DNA of 64,000 nt from an uncultured Desulfobacula sp. (GTDB lineage Bacteria > Desulfobacterota > Desulfobacteria > Desulfobacterales > Desulfobacteraceae): contig CAZWSL010000013.1 in assembly GCA_964636495.1 (NCBI GenBank), positions 10,537 to 74,536 of the forward strand. The letters run 5' to 3'. The position numbers and the translations under genes are program-made. The notes below the pieces were generated by a model. It was not told where the DNA came from, made no database searches, and saw only the letters and a program-made list of their open reading frames with translations. Shown here piece after piece: positions 17,419 through 28,158 of the stretch; within the stretch, counting starts at the first letter, position 1; the number at the start of each line of letters is the position of its first letter.

Positions 17419-19440
17419 ATGAGTGAACATAATCAGGTAAAAAAAGTTGAAATGAATTATGCCAAAGACAGACCTAAAGCAGAAAATCCGCTGCTGGTTG
17501 AAGATATTTCACTTCGGGACGGGCACCAGTCTCTTTTTGCAACAAGGGGAAGAACAGAAGATATGATTCCGGTTGCAGAAAAAATGGATGAGATCGGTTT
17601 CTGGGCTGCAGAGGTGTGGGGTGGTGCAACTTTTGATGCCATGCACAGATTTCTTGGTGAAGATCCATGGGAAAGGCTTAGAACCCTTAAAAGATATTTC
17701 AAGAAGACAAAACTGTCTATGCTGCTGCGTGGACAGAATCTTGTAGGATATAGAAACTATGCAGATGATGTGGCAAAACTGTTTGTCAAAAAAACCGTTG
17801 ATAATGGAATGGATATCTTCAGAACATTTGATGCTTTAAACGATTATCGCAATTTTGAAACTGTTGTACCTGTTATTAAAGAGTGCGGTGCCCATTTCCA
17901 GGGCTGCATCTGCTATACTCTGACCGAACCCAGACTTGGCGGTGATGTTTATAATATTGACTACTATATCCAAAAGGCAAAAGATCTTGAAGATATGGGA
18001 GCTGACAGCATCTGTGTGAAGGATATGGCAGGACTCTTGGCACCGTATGATGCCTATGAACTTGTAAAAGCCTTGAAGGAGAATGTCAAACCATTGATTC
18101 ATCTCCACAGTCATTTTACTTCTGGCATGTCTTCTCTGACCCATTTAAAAGCCATTGAAGCAGGTGTTGATATTATTGATACCTGTATGACTCCCTATGC
18201 ATACAGGACCTCCCATGCAGCACTGGAACCCTTTGTAATGACACTTCTTGGAACAAACAGGGATACGGGTTTTGATATACATGCCCTTGCTGAAATTAAT
18301 GAGATTTTTGAAAAAGATGTTATGCCCAAGTACAAACACCTGCTTGATGACAGCAAAATTTCTATTATTGATATCAATGTTCTTTTACACCAGACACCGG
18401 GCGGCATGCTGTCAAATCTGGTCAATCAGCTGAAAGAGATGGATGCTCTTGACAAAATTGATGAAGTTTACAAACAGCTTCCAAAGGTGAGAAAAGAGCT
18501 TGGTCAGATTCCACTGGTCACTCCGACAAGCCAGATTGTTGGGACACAGACTGTTAATAATGTCCTTTTTGATACACCTGATGATCGATACAAAATGATA
18601 ACAGCCCAGGTAAAAGATCTCTGTTACGGATTATATGGAAAAACAAGCGTACCCATAGACAGTGATGTACAGAAAAAAGCGCTCAAAGGATATGACAGAG
18701 GTGAAGAGCCAATTACATGCCGGCCTGCCGCAGTTCTGCAGCCGGAACTTGAAAAAGCTGCTCAAGAGATTGGAGATCTTGCCATCGATGATGAAGATCT
18801 TATTGTTTATGCTCTATTTCCTGTTACTGGTAAAAAATATCTGATGCAGAAATATGGTAAGGAGCAGGTGCCGGAAAGCTTAAGACCCATTACCCTTGAT
18901 GATGTTGAAAAACAGGATCAGATGATTGAAAAAGCCAGAAAAGGTGAACTGGTAGAAAAAACCAGTCTGGAAACTGCCCCTGAAAAAAGTGAGAATTCAA
19001 GAACATTTAACGTTTTTGTCGATGGTGAATATTTTGAAGTCGGTGTTGATGAGGTGGGGGGCAGTCCTGTTATTACTTATGCAGCACCCCAGGCTGCACC
19101 GCCGGCACCGGCACAGGCTCCTGTCCAGCCAGCACCGGCAGCAGCTTCTCCAGCCCCTGCACCGGAAAAACCAGAGAAAGAGCCGGAACCTGCTCCAGAA
19201 CCGGTACCAGAGCCTGTTTCTTCATCTGGAACTTCTGTTTCAGCTCCCATGCCAGGCATGGTCATAAAATATGAAAAAAATGTTGGTGATCCGATTAATG
19301 AGGGTGAAACCATTGTTGTCATAGAAGCGATGAAAATGGAAAATGCGCTTCCTTCACCGGCAAGCGGTGTTGTAAAAGCTATAAATTTCAAGAGCGGAGA
19401 TTCAGTTGCTAAAGGAGAAACACTTGCTGTAATCGAATAG
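17419..19440 (+). CDS. Transcarboxylase 5S subunit (oxaloacetate decarboxylase alpha / PycB-like) fused to a biotin carboxyl carrier domain
   Basis: HMGL-like TIM barrel (LRDGHQS, FRTFDALND, HLHSHFTSG), a Pro/Ala-rich linker (about 19080-19230) and a C-terminal biotinyl domain with the EAMKMEN motif. Confidence 0.9.
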   Translation: MSEHNQVKKVEMNYAKDRPKAENPLLVEDISLRDGHQSLFATRGRTEDMIPVAEKMDEIGFWAAEVWGGATFDAMHRFLGEDPWERLRTLKRYFKKTKLSMLLRGQNLVGYRNYADDVAKLFVKKTVDNGMDIFRTFDALNDYRNFETVVPVIKECGAHFQGCICYTLTEPRLGGDVYNIDYYIQKAKDLEDMGADSICVKDMAGLLAPYDAYELVKALKENVKPLIHLHSHFTSGMSSLTHLKAIEAGVDIIDTCMTPYAYRTSHAALEPFVMTLLGTNRDTGFDIHALAEINEIFEKDVMPKYKHLLDDSKISIIDINVLLHQTPGGMLSNLVNQLKEMDALDKIDEVYKQLPKVRKELGQIPLVTPTSQIVGTQTVNNVLFDTPDDRYKMITAQVKDLCYGLYGKTSVPIDSDVQKKALKGYDRGEEPITCRPAAVLQPELEKAAQEIGDLAIDDEDLIVYALFPVTGKKYLMQKYGKEQVPESLRPITLDDVEKQDQMIEKARKGELVEKTSLETAPEKSENSRTFNVFVDGEYFEVGVDEVGGSPVITYAAPQAAPPAPAQAPVQPAPAAASPAPAPEKPEKEPEPAPEPVPEPVSSSGTSVSAPMPGMVIKYEKNVGDPINEGETIVVIEAMKMENALPSPASGVVKAINFKSGDSVAKGETLAVIE

Positions 19441-19634
19441 TTAAAAGCGCTCAATGGCAGTTCAATATCTGCTGTATGAAATTTCAGGAAACCTGTTTTC
19501 CAGGGAGTACCTTTAATAAATATATGGCAGATATTAAAAATTAAAGTTTGAAATGTGAATCTGTATCCTGGAATGGATATAGTCCTTATATGAGTTTGGT
19601 GGTTTTAAGTAAAAACTGCAGATGGAGATTAAGA

Positions 19635-20312
19635 ATGACCTTTGAAACAAGAGAAGAACTTCTTGAAAAATATGTAAAAATGGATAAGCCGGAATGCCCT
19701 GACTGCGGCTGTAAAATGTCATTGTGGGAGGTCCCGCCTATTAACTTCAGTGATGGATTGGGGTGGGGATCCCCATTTTTGTTTGTATGTTTTAATGATG
19801 ACTGTTCAAGTTATAAAAAAGGGTGGGAGCATCTTGATGACACTATGTCGACAACTGCATCCTACAGGTGCTATGTTGAACCCGGACAGAATAATTTTGA
19901 GTATATGCCTGTGTTCAGCCCGATGGGAGCCCAGGGCGGAAAACTGGACGATGAGGTTCTTATCCGTGAGGAGGCAAAAAGGGAACTGCTGAAAAAGACA
20001 TTTTCAATTTTAACAGATTACTATATCTCAAAGGACTGGGATGAAATTTTAAAGATTTGTCTTGATCCCAGTATACCTCCAAAAGCACGTCTGAAAGCAG
20101 TTCAGATGATAGGAGAAATCGGCGGTATTGAGGCAATAGAGCATTTGCTGAACCACAAATTTCCAACTCCGGTTCTGCAGGAGAATGTTAATAATGCTGT
20201 AAACCAGCTTCATGAAAGGCATTTTACCCGTGAATGCCCTTTTTGTGCAGAGATTATTAAAAAACGGGCTACGCTTTGCATGCACTGCAATAAAAAGGTG
20301 TCAAAAGCATAG
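19635..20312 (+). CDS. Hypothetical protein: N-terminal Cys4 zinc-ribbon-like, central HEAT-like repeat, C-terminal zinc ribbon
   Basis: CPDCGC...C-x5-C near the N-terminus, KARLKAVQMIGEIGGIEAIEHL as a HEAT/PBS-lyase-like repeat, and CPFCAEII...CMHCNKK at the C-terminus. The start is set at the ATG at 19635 after GGAGAT. Confidence 0.6.
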   Translation: MTFETREELLEKYVKMDKPECPDCGCKMSLWEVPPINFSDGLGWGSPFLFVCFNDDCSSYKKGWEHLDDTMSTTASYRCYVEPGQNNFEYMPVFSPMGAQGGKLDDEVLIREEAKRELLKKTFSILTDYYISKDWDEILKICLDPSIPPKARLKAVQMIGEIGGIEAIEHLLNHKFPTPVLQENVNNAVNQLHERHFTRECPFCAEIIKKRATLCMHCNKKVSKA

Positions 20313-20421
20313 ACTGAAATATTATAATCCATTGTAAAATGCCTTGAATATTTGCTTTAGTTTATAAATTTCCATATAATATTCAAATGAGATTTTATCG
20401 GATTAACAATAAGGAGAAGCA

Positions 20422-20922
20422 ATGACACAACCTGATAATTTTTTAAGGGACAAACATATACTTGCTGTTGATGATGAGAAAGATATCATTGAAACCATAC
20501 AGGAAATTCTGATTGATACCAAGGTGGATTCTGCCCTTGATTATGAAACAGCCTCAGCAAAAATTTCCAGGACTCAATATGACCTTGCCATCCTTGATAT
20601 AATGGGTGTAAATGGAATTAAACTTCTTGAAGAGTGTGTGTCAAGAAATATTCCTGCAATAATGCTTACCGCTAATTCAATGAACCCAGATTCCCTTGTG
20701 GAATCCATAAAAAAAGGCGCTATCTCCTATCTTTCCAAAGAGCATTTAAGTGAGCTTGATTCATTGATCAATGAGTTGCTGGGTGCCAAGGAAGAAGGCA
20801 GACAGACCTGGAAACTGCTGTTTGATAAATTAGGCAGCTATTTTGACAAACGCTTTGGTAGAAACTGGAAAGATGATGACAGGGAATTCTGGGAAAAGTT
20901 TAATAAAACGCATTATATGTGA
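20422..20922 (+). CDS. Stand-alone response regulator receiver protein with a short Trp-rich C-terminal extension
   Basis: ILAVDDEKD (acidic pair), DLAILDIMG (phospho-Asp), MLTA and SYLSK are receiver motifs. There is no DNA-binding domain and no kinase gene in the window. Confidence 0.85.
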   Translation: MTQPDNFLRDKHILAVDDEKDIIETIQEILIDTKVDSALDYETASAKISRTQYDLAILDIMGVNGIKLLEECVSRNIPAIMLTANSMNPDSLVESIKKGAISYLSKEHLSELDSLINELLGAKEEGRQTWKLLFDKLGSYFDKRFGRNWKDDDREFWEKFNKTHYM

Positions 20923-20928
20923 TATTGG

Positions 20929-22102
<1,174 letters not shown>

Positions 22103-22113
<11 letters not shown>

Positions 22114-22771
22114 GGATCATCCCGTCCTCCATTCTGACATAGCCTTTGCACAGCCTTGCAATGGTCATATCATGGGTGATGACAAAAATGGTAGTTCCAT
22201 CTTCATGGTTCAGGCGAATAAATAGTTCCATGATCTCCTGTCCTACCTGGTTATCCAGGGCTCCTGTGGGTTCGTCTGCCAGAATGATGGATGGCTGTCC
22301 CACAAGTGCCCGGGCAATGGCCACTCTCTGCTGTTGACCACCGGACAATTCCGTTGGCCTGTGGTCTGACCGATCCAGCATTCCAACTTTGTCAAGAACA
22401 TTTTGTGCTGCCTTTTGGCGATCCATTTTTGGAATGCCCCTGTACACCAGGGGGAGAGCTACATTTTGCAAGGCTGTCAGCCTGGAGAGAAGGTTGAACT
22501 GCTGAAAGACAAATCCGATTTTTTTGTTCCGGATTTCAGAAAGGGTATTGTCGCTCAGGTCGGCCACCCGTTTGCTGTCCAGGTAGTAGGAACCTGCAGT
22601 GGGAGTATCCAGAAGGCCGATGATATTCATGAGGGTGGATTTCCCACAACCCGACTGACCGACAATGGATAAAAGATCTCCGCTGTTAATGGTCAGGGTG
22701 GCCCCTTTAAGTACTTCCACTTTCACCGGGCCCATGTGGTAAGATTTATATATTTTGTTCAGTTCAATCAT
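22103..22771 (-). CDS. ABC transporter ATP-binding protein, MacB/DevA/LolD type
   Basis: Walker A GQSGCGKST, signature LSGGQQQRVAIARAL, Walker B ILADEPTGALD. Confidence 0.93.
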
Positions 22772-22801
22772 TATTTTTTTGATTTTTTTTATTTCAATGC
22801 C

Positions 22802-24565
22802 TTACTCATCGGTTCCCGGCATGAAATATACCCGGTCTCCTCGCTCCAGTCCTTTCAGGATTTCCACTGCATTCAATGTGGTTATACCAGTGGTAACCTC
22901 GACTTGTCTTATTTTGATGCCCTCCATGATCTTTACCCATTTTTTATTGTCCCTTATCTCCACGGCTGCCAGGGGAATCATTAATGCTTTTGGGTTGTCA
23001 TAGACAACAATTTCAAGATTTGTGGACATGCCCAGGCGGATCTTTTTCTGCTGCTCCTGGGTCAGACGGTCAATGGCTACCCCCACGGCGAACATGGGCC
23101 TTTCCCCGTCCTTGGATACAGCATTGGAGGCTATATGGCGGACATTACCGGTCAGGGAAAGATCTGCAAAGGCATCCCCTGACACATTGACCTTCTGGCC
23201 AAACCGGATTTTGCCAATATCGATCTCATCCACCCTGGCTTTGATTGAAAAACCGTCCAGATTACCGATACTTATGAGAACATCTCCCTGTGAGACTGAC
23301 ATTCCAGGTTCCACATCTTTAAATTCTTTGTCTCCATCCCGGCCTTTGGATCGTTTTATGATGATGCCGGATACCGGAGCATGAATCGTGGACAGATCCA
23401 GTTTTTTCTGGAGATCTTCAAGATTTGTTCTGGCATTGGCAAGTTCCATCCTGGCAATATCCAGATTCTCCTTGCTTGCCTGATAGAGTATCGAGTCCAA
23501 TGCCTCCTTTGATGCGATTAAATCGAGCTGCTGATTGGTGTACTCAGATTGAGCGGATTGAAACTCAGACCTGGAAACAATCCCCTTTTCAAACAGAATC
23601 CGGCTCTCTTCAAGTTTTCTTTTGGAGGAATCCAGGCTGTTGCCTGCTTTTGTAAAGGAGCGCTTTGCAGTTGAAACTTCTGAACTTTTTTCCCAATCCA
23701 TGAGCTGTTTGAAATTCTGTTCAGCCTTGATGTATGAAGCCTTAGCCTCTCTGAAACTTACCATAAGTTTGTCCGTATCCATGGCAATCAGCCGATCTCC
23801 CTTATCTGCCTTTTCATCATAAACAAAAAATATTTCCCTGATTTTGCCGTCAAAAGGAGCCATAATATAAATTTCTTCCAATGGAGCTACAAAACCGGAA
23901 AGGGAAACAGAGGATGTTAGAGGCTTAACCATGACCTCGGCAGCTCTCATGCCGGCTCTCTGTTCTTCTTGTTTCTCCCTTAAAAACATTGTGCCGGATA
24001 AGACATCCTGGTTCCATAGATAATAACCTGTTCCTGAAAATCCCAGAATCACAATAAAGGTAATAAAGAGTTTGATCCATTGCACTTTTTTCAAAGCTGA
24101 TTCCAGTTGTTTATTTGTTTCTTCTGCCTTGATAAAAGCCTTTCTGAGCTGGAGATTCAGGGCTTTTTCCTTTTCACGGCTTTTGGTGATTTCCGTAATG
24201 TCATTGAATACAACCACCACCCCTGCATCCCTGCCAGCATCATCAGCACCTGCCTTTAAATAGGAAGTTGCCACGGATAATACCCTTGAACTGCCATCTT
24301 TCAGGATATAATCTACTGTAGAGGTCTTGCCTACCCCGGCATCATAGACTGCATCCAGGATAGTCTGGCAAAAAAGATCGTTGCCTTCCATCTCCACCAT
24401 AAAAACCTGGCCAAAGGGCTTGTCCCTGACCGTATCCGCTTTCATTCCCAATATCTGTGCAGCCGGATTGTTGAATAAGGTGACAATGCCCTGGGGATCC
24501 AGTGCCATCACCCCTTCATTCATACTTTCTATGATACGCTGGTTAAAGGCTATTGTTCCGGCCAT
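22802..24565 (-). CDS. Membrane-fusion (HlyD/MacA/DevB-family) periplasmic adaptor with an N-terminal cytoplasmic PAS domain
   Basis: Residues about 1-125 look like a PAS fold (IIESMNEGVMALDPQGIVTLFNNPAAQILG ... VVVFNDITE). A coiled segment follows, then one TM (WIKLFITFIVILGFSGTGYYLW, residues about 163-184), then lipoyl / alpha-hairpin / beta-barrel MFP domains. It overlaps the TolC gene by 16 nt. Confidence 0.85.
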   Translation of the reverse strand: MAGTIAFNQRIIESMNEGVMALDPQGIVTLFNNPAAQILGMKADTVRDKPFGQVFMVEMEGNDLFCQTILDAVYDAGVGKTSTVDYILKDGSSRVLSVATSYLKAGADDAGRDAGVVVVFNDITEITKSREKEKALNLQLRKAFIKAEETNKQLESALKKVQWIKLFITFIVILGFSGTGYYLWNQDVLSGTMFLREKQEEQRAGMRAAEVMVKPLTSSVSLSGFVAPLEEIYIMAPFDGKIREIFFVYDEKADKGDRLIAMDTDKLMVSFREAKASYIKAEQNFKQLMDWEKSSEVSTAKRSFTKAGNSLDSSKRKLEESRILFEKGIVSRSEFQSAQSEYTNQQLDLIASKEALDSILYQASKENLDIARMELANARTNLEDLQKKLDLSTIHAPVSGIIIKRSKGRDGDKEFKDVEPGMSVSQGDVLISIGNLDGFSIKARVDEIDIGKIRFGQKVNVSGDAFADLSLTGNVRHIASNAVSKDGERPMFAVGVAIDRLTQEQQKKIRLGMSTNLEIVVYDNPKALMIPLAAVEIRDNKKWVKIMEGIKIRQVEVTTGITTLNAVEILKGLERGDRVYFMPGTDE

Positions 24566-26088
24566 TTGTCGTATTCCTTATTATAGTCTATTTTCCAGGT
24601 ATCAAGGGTGGTACCTATAATCGTATCCAGGGAAGTCAGTGCGTTGAGATAGGCAATTTTTGCGTTAAGTTCATTATTCAGGATGTCAACCAATTCATTT
24701 TGAAAAGAGAGAACTTGAAAATTGGTTGTTCGCCCAACTGTCAGTTTTTCTTTTTCTACAGCCAGTTTTTTTTTTGACAGGATCCTGGAGCGTTCAGCCA
24801 TGCGAACCTGCTTAAGCCGGGTTTCCACTTCACGAACCGCATCGCTGACCTCCAGTTCAATGTTCTGTTCAATCTCTTCTTTGGAAATTTTAGCCTGCTT
24901 CAAGGCTGTTGTTGCTGCAATCAAGCTTTGTTCCCGTGTCAAATCTCCGTACAGTGGAATACGAAGATTAAGTCCCACCTGCCAGGATTCGGAATTTGTA
25001 TTATTTTCAAACCGCTGATTTTTGTCTGCAGCTGAATATCTGCCCACAAAATCAAGATTCCATTTCATATTATCCCGGGCCAGGATCACTGATATTTCAG
25101 CCTTTTTCAGGTCCATAACTGCATTGAGGTAGTCAGCTCTGTTTTTGAATGCCATTTTCAGACAATTTTCCAGATCTGGATGCACCGCAGAGAGATCAGT
25201 TTCTTCAATGGGACGTATCCGGGTATTTCTATCAAGATCCAGAATCTTAAGCAGTTGGATCCTGGCATTATCTAGGCCGTTGAGCGCAGTTTCATAGGAA
25301 AATTCCTGATTAGCCAGATCTGATTCATTCTGGATGATTTCGTTGGCCGGCATACGCCCCATGGAAATGAGAAGTTTGTTAACCTCCATGTTAGCTTTTG
25401 ACTGCTCTACGGACATCCTTATGATATCAAGCTGACGAACGGTCTGTGCATAATTCCTAAAGGCCTGAATTGTCTCATTTACCACTGAAATTATTGTGTC
25501 GCGCATACTCAGCAGACTGGATTGTTCCCTCATCCGGGCCAGGGTTACGGATGCAGTATTCACATTAATGCCAAAACCTTTGAGCAGGGGCTGGGTGAAA
25601 TCTATTTGCCAGGTATTGTCTCTGGTCCACTCTTCAAAGGTGGTATTGGTATCTGAAAACTGATCAGATCTGTTCCAGGAAAAGGTGAACGCTCCGCCGG
25701 TTTTGACAGGTTTTACCACTTCTATACTTGAGTTAATACTCCTGTCCGTAGTTGTGGTTCTGTCTTCCCCGCCTTTGGTCCGGGTCTTTGAACCTGACAT
25801 GGCCGGACTTGAGTTTAAGGTTATATCAGTATTGAATTTATCTTCAGCCACATTGAGATCAAATTTCTCAACTACCCGGTTCAGGTAGGCACTCTTTACT
25901 GTCCTGTTTGAACGAAGCGCAACAGTGATAGCCTCTGGCAGGGTAAGTTCCATGGAAGGTGTCTGGGTTCCAGGGAAGTAAGCGGTATTGGCAGTGACAG
26001 CCAAAATTGGGAGAGGCCTGGCTGACTGTATCAGCACGGTTAAAAACAGTAAGCCACAATAAAGCAAATACGATCTTGCGTTCTGCAT
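24550..26088 (-). CDS. TolC-family outer membrane efflux protein
   Basis: Signal peptide followed by two OEP repeats with long coiled regions. It is the first gene of the TolC-MFP-ATPase-permease operon. Confidence 0.9.
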   Translation of the reverse strand: MQNARSYLLYCGLLFLTVLIQSARPLPILAVTANTAYFPGTQTPSMELTLPEAITVALRSNRTVKSAYLNRVVEKFDLNVAEDKFNTDITLNSSPAMSGSKTRTKGGEDRTTTTDRSINSSIEVVKPVKTGGAFTFSWNRSDQFSDTNTTFEEWTRDNTWQIDFTQPLLKGFGINVNTASVTLARMREQSSLLSMRDTIISVVNETIQAFRNYAQTVRQLDIIRMSVEQSKANMEVNKLLISMGRMPANEIIQNESDLANQEFSYETALNGLDNARIQLLKILDLDRNTRIRPIEETDLSAVHPDLENCLKMAFKNRADYLNAVMDLKKAEISVILARDNMKWNLDFVGRYSAADKNQRFENNTNSESWQVGLNLRIPLYGDLTREQSLIAATTALKQAKISKEEIEQNIELEVSDAVREVETRLKQVRMAERSRILSKKKLAVEKEKLTVGRTTNFQVLSFQNELVDILNNELNAKIAYLNALTSLDTIIGTTLDTWKIDYNKEYDKWPEQ

Positions 26089-26279
26089 ATAAAAAATTTC
26101 TCTGAGACGTTATGACAACCTTGGCTATAAGATCAATCAACTGCTATGTGACAGATTTGGGACGACTTTATTGATAATATACAGCATCAATGTTCAGCCG
26201 GTTTATATCTTTTTATCATGTTTTATAAAGATTACACTATTATCTACCACCCGGGCAGACAATCATAATGTTTACAACC

Positions 26280-26669
26280 TCAGCCGCCGCCGCTGTTTTC
26301 ATCTTTTGTCCGGTCAAACATGTCATAGCATTTGACATGCTTCCACTTGTTACCTTGTTTTTCTTCGCACTTGTGAATAGTCAGGCGTGGTTTGTAGTCA
26401 GCCTTTTTTTGTCTTTTGCTGCTAAAATATTTTCTTACATTGGTTCCATCATTGCTATTCACTAATACCCGGATCTTGTGATTTTTCAGATTCTTCAGTC
26501 CGATACATCCTGTTGACATCCCTCCCCAACTAGATTTACACTCCAAAAACCAGCCATTGTCTTTCCATTCACATCCTCTGCCCGCATTGCACTGGGCAGT
26601 CAACAAAAAGAAACATGCAGAAAATGCAAAAACAGAAACAATTTTTTTGTAAAACCTTTTTATTTTCAT
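26280..26669 (-). CDS. Small secreted (or lipo-) Cys-rich, Lys-rich protein of unknown function
   Basis: N-terminal signal sequence MKIKRFYKKIVSVFAFSACFFLLTAQCNA, read either as a possible lipobox FSAC or as SPase I cleavage after CNA. The mature part has 5 Cys, is very basic and ends in GGG. I recognise no family. Confidence 0.6.
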   Translation of the reverse strand: MKIKRFYKKIVSVFAFSACFFLLTAQCNAGRGCEWKDNGWFLECKSSWGGMSTGCIGLKNLKNHKIRVLVNSNDGTNVRKYFSSKRQKKADYKPRLTIHKCEEKQGNKWKHVKCYDMFDRTKDENSGGG

Positions 26670-26824
26670 AATATTACCTCATCATAATAGGCATAAATGC
26701 TTTTCTGCCTTTTGTCAATAAATAGAAAAGAGTTTTTTATAGTTGTTTGAGCTTTTTCTTACAAAGAGTGAATCGTTGATGAAGAGCCTGCCGGTAACAC
26801 CGGCCTGCCGCGGGTTGCAGATAT

Positions 26825-26852
26825 AAACCCACCGGTTGATGCCGGTGGGTTT
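26825..26852 (-). terminator. Hairpin terminator downstream of dctM
   Basis: aaacccaccgg-ttgatg-ccggtgggttt is an 11-bp perfect GC-rich stem starting 10 nt after the dctM stop, followed on the minus strand by TTTAT. Confidence 0.55.
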
Positions 26853-26861
26853 ATGGTCTTT

Positions 26862-28154
26862 TTAAACCATCATATTTGCTAAGAACAGAGAAATCGGCGG
26901 GAATGTTACAATAAGAGTTAACCGCACAATATCCGCTATCCAGAAGGGTGTTACACCCTTAAAGATAGTACTGACTTTTACATCGGGTAAAACCGCTTTC
27001 AGTACAAAAACATTTAATCCTACCGGCGGCGTGATCAAACTGATTTCAGTCACGACAACCACTACGATTCCAAACCAGATAAGATCAAACCCAAGAGCCT
27101 GTATCATGGGATAAAAGACAGGAACCGTTAAGACAATCATTGACATGCTTTCCAGAATACATCCCAGAATAACATAAATAAACATGAGAATGAGAATGAC
27201 AACAAAAGGTGAAACATTCCAGCTCAGTACGAAGTCAGCCAGTGCATCCGGCATTCCAACCACATTTACAAAGTTGGCAAAAATCATTGAACCAATCAGC
27301 AGAAAAAAGATCATGGCTGTTGTGCTGGCAGAATCAACCAGTACTTTTTTTAATACTTCCAGAGTCAGTTTTTTACGAAACAGAGTAAAGAAAAATGCGC
27401 CGATTGATCCAATGCCTGCAGCTTCAGTGGGTGTAAAAATTCCTGCATAAATTCCGCCCATTACAATAAAAAACAGCAATAATACACCCCAGACGCCTTT
27501 AAGACTTCTTAATCGCTCAGGCCAGGAAACTTTTTCCCCTCTGGGGCCAATTTTCGGGTTAATGCTCGTTGCCGCAGCAACGGCGCATAAGTAGCAGAAA
27601 ACCCCGAGAAGGCCGGGTAAAACACCTGCAGCAAACAGCTGTCCAATATCAGTTTCAGTCATAAGTCCGTAAATGACCAGAATAACACTTGGAGGGATAA
27701 GAATACCAAGTGTTCCACCTGCAGCAATAGAACCGGTTGCCAGACTGTCAGCATAGCCGAATTTGCGCATGGAAGGCATGGCAACCTTGCTCATGGTGGC
27801 TGCCGTAGCCAGAGAACTGCCACATACTGCGGAAAAACCACCGCAGGCAACAATTGTTGCCATGGCCAAGCCCCCCTTCCTGTGCCCTAAAAAAGCATAG
27901 GAAGATCTATAAAGCTCATGGGAAAGACCGGATTGAGTGACGAAATTACCCATTAAAATAAAAAGTGGTACGACGGATAACCCGTAATTCATTCCCTCTT
28001 CAGAGGCGACCTGGGCAACCATGGCTAAAGAAGCATGGTAGTTAATAGCCTCTCCGAATCCTATAAATCCAACAACTGCCATGGCCATGGGAATGGGCAC
28101 TTTTGCAAGAATTAAAATGAGAAGAAATGCAAATCCAATAAGCGATGCTTCCAT
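26862..28154 (-). CDS. dctM: TRAP transporter large permease
   Basis: 430-aa polytopic membrane protein of typical DctM length and composition, directly after dctQ. Confidence 0.93.
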   Translation of the reverse strand: MEASLIGFAFLLILILAKVPIPMAMAVVGFIGFGEAINYHASLAMVAQVASEEGMNYGLSVVPLFILMGNFVTQSGLSHELYRSSYAFLGHRKGGLAMATIVACGGFSAVCGSSLATAATMSKVAMPSMRKFGYADSLATGSIAAGGTLGILIPPSVILVIYGLMTETDIGQLFAAGVLPGLLGVFCYLCAVAAATSINPKIGPRGEKVSWPERLRSLKGVWGVLLLFFIVMGGIYAGIFTPTEAAGIGSIGAFFFTLFRKKLTLEVLKKVLVDSASTTAMIFFLLIGSMIFANFVNVVGMPDALADFVLSWNVSPFVVILILMFIYVILGCILESMSMIVLTVPVFYPMIQALGFDLIWFGIVVVVVTEISLITPPVGLNVFVLKAVLPDVKVSTIFKGVTPFWIADIVRLTLIVTFPPISLFLANMMV

Positions 28155-28158
28155 TAAT

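Noticed and set aside
17419-19440. Na+-translocating oxaloacetate/methylmalonyl-CoA decarboxylase
   Set aside because: No integral-membrane beta subunit or OadG-type anchor is encoded in or near the operon, so a soluble transcarboxylase is the more economical reading.
19077-19454. 125-aa minus-strand ORF rich in Gly/Ala/Ser
   Set aside because: It is the mirror image of the Pro/Ala linker and biotinyl domain of the 5S-BCCP gene, so it is a compositional artefact.
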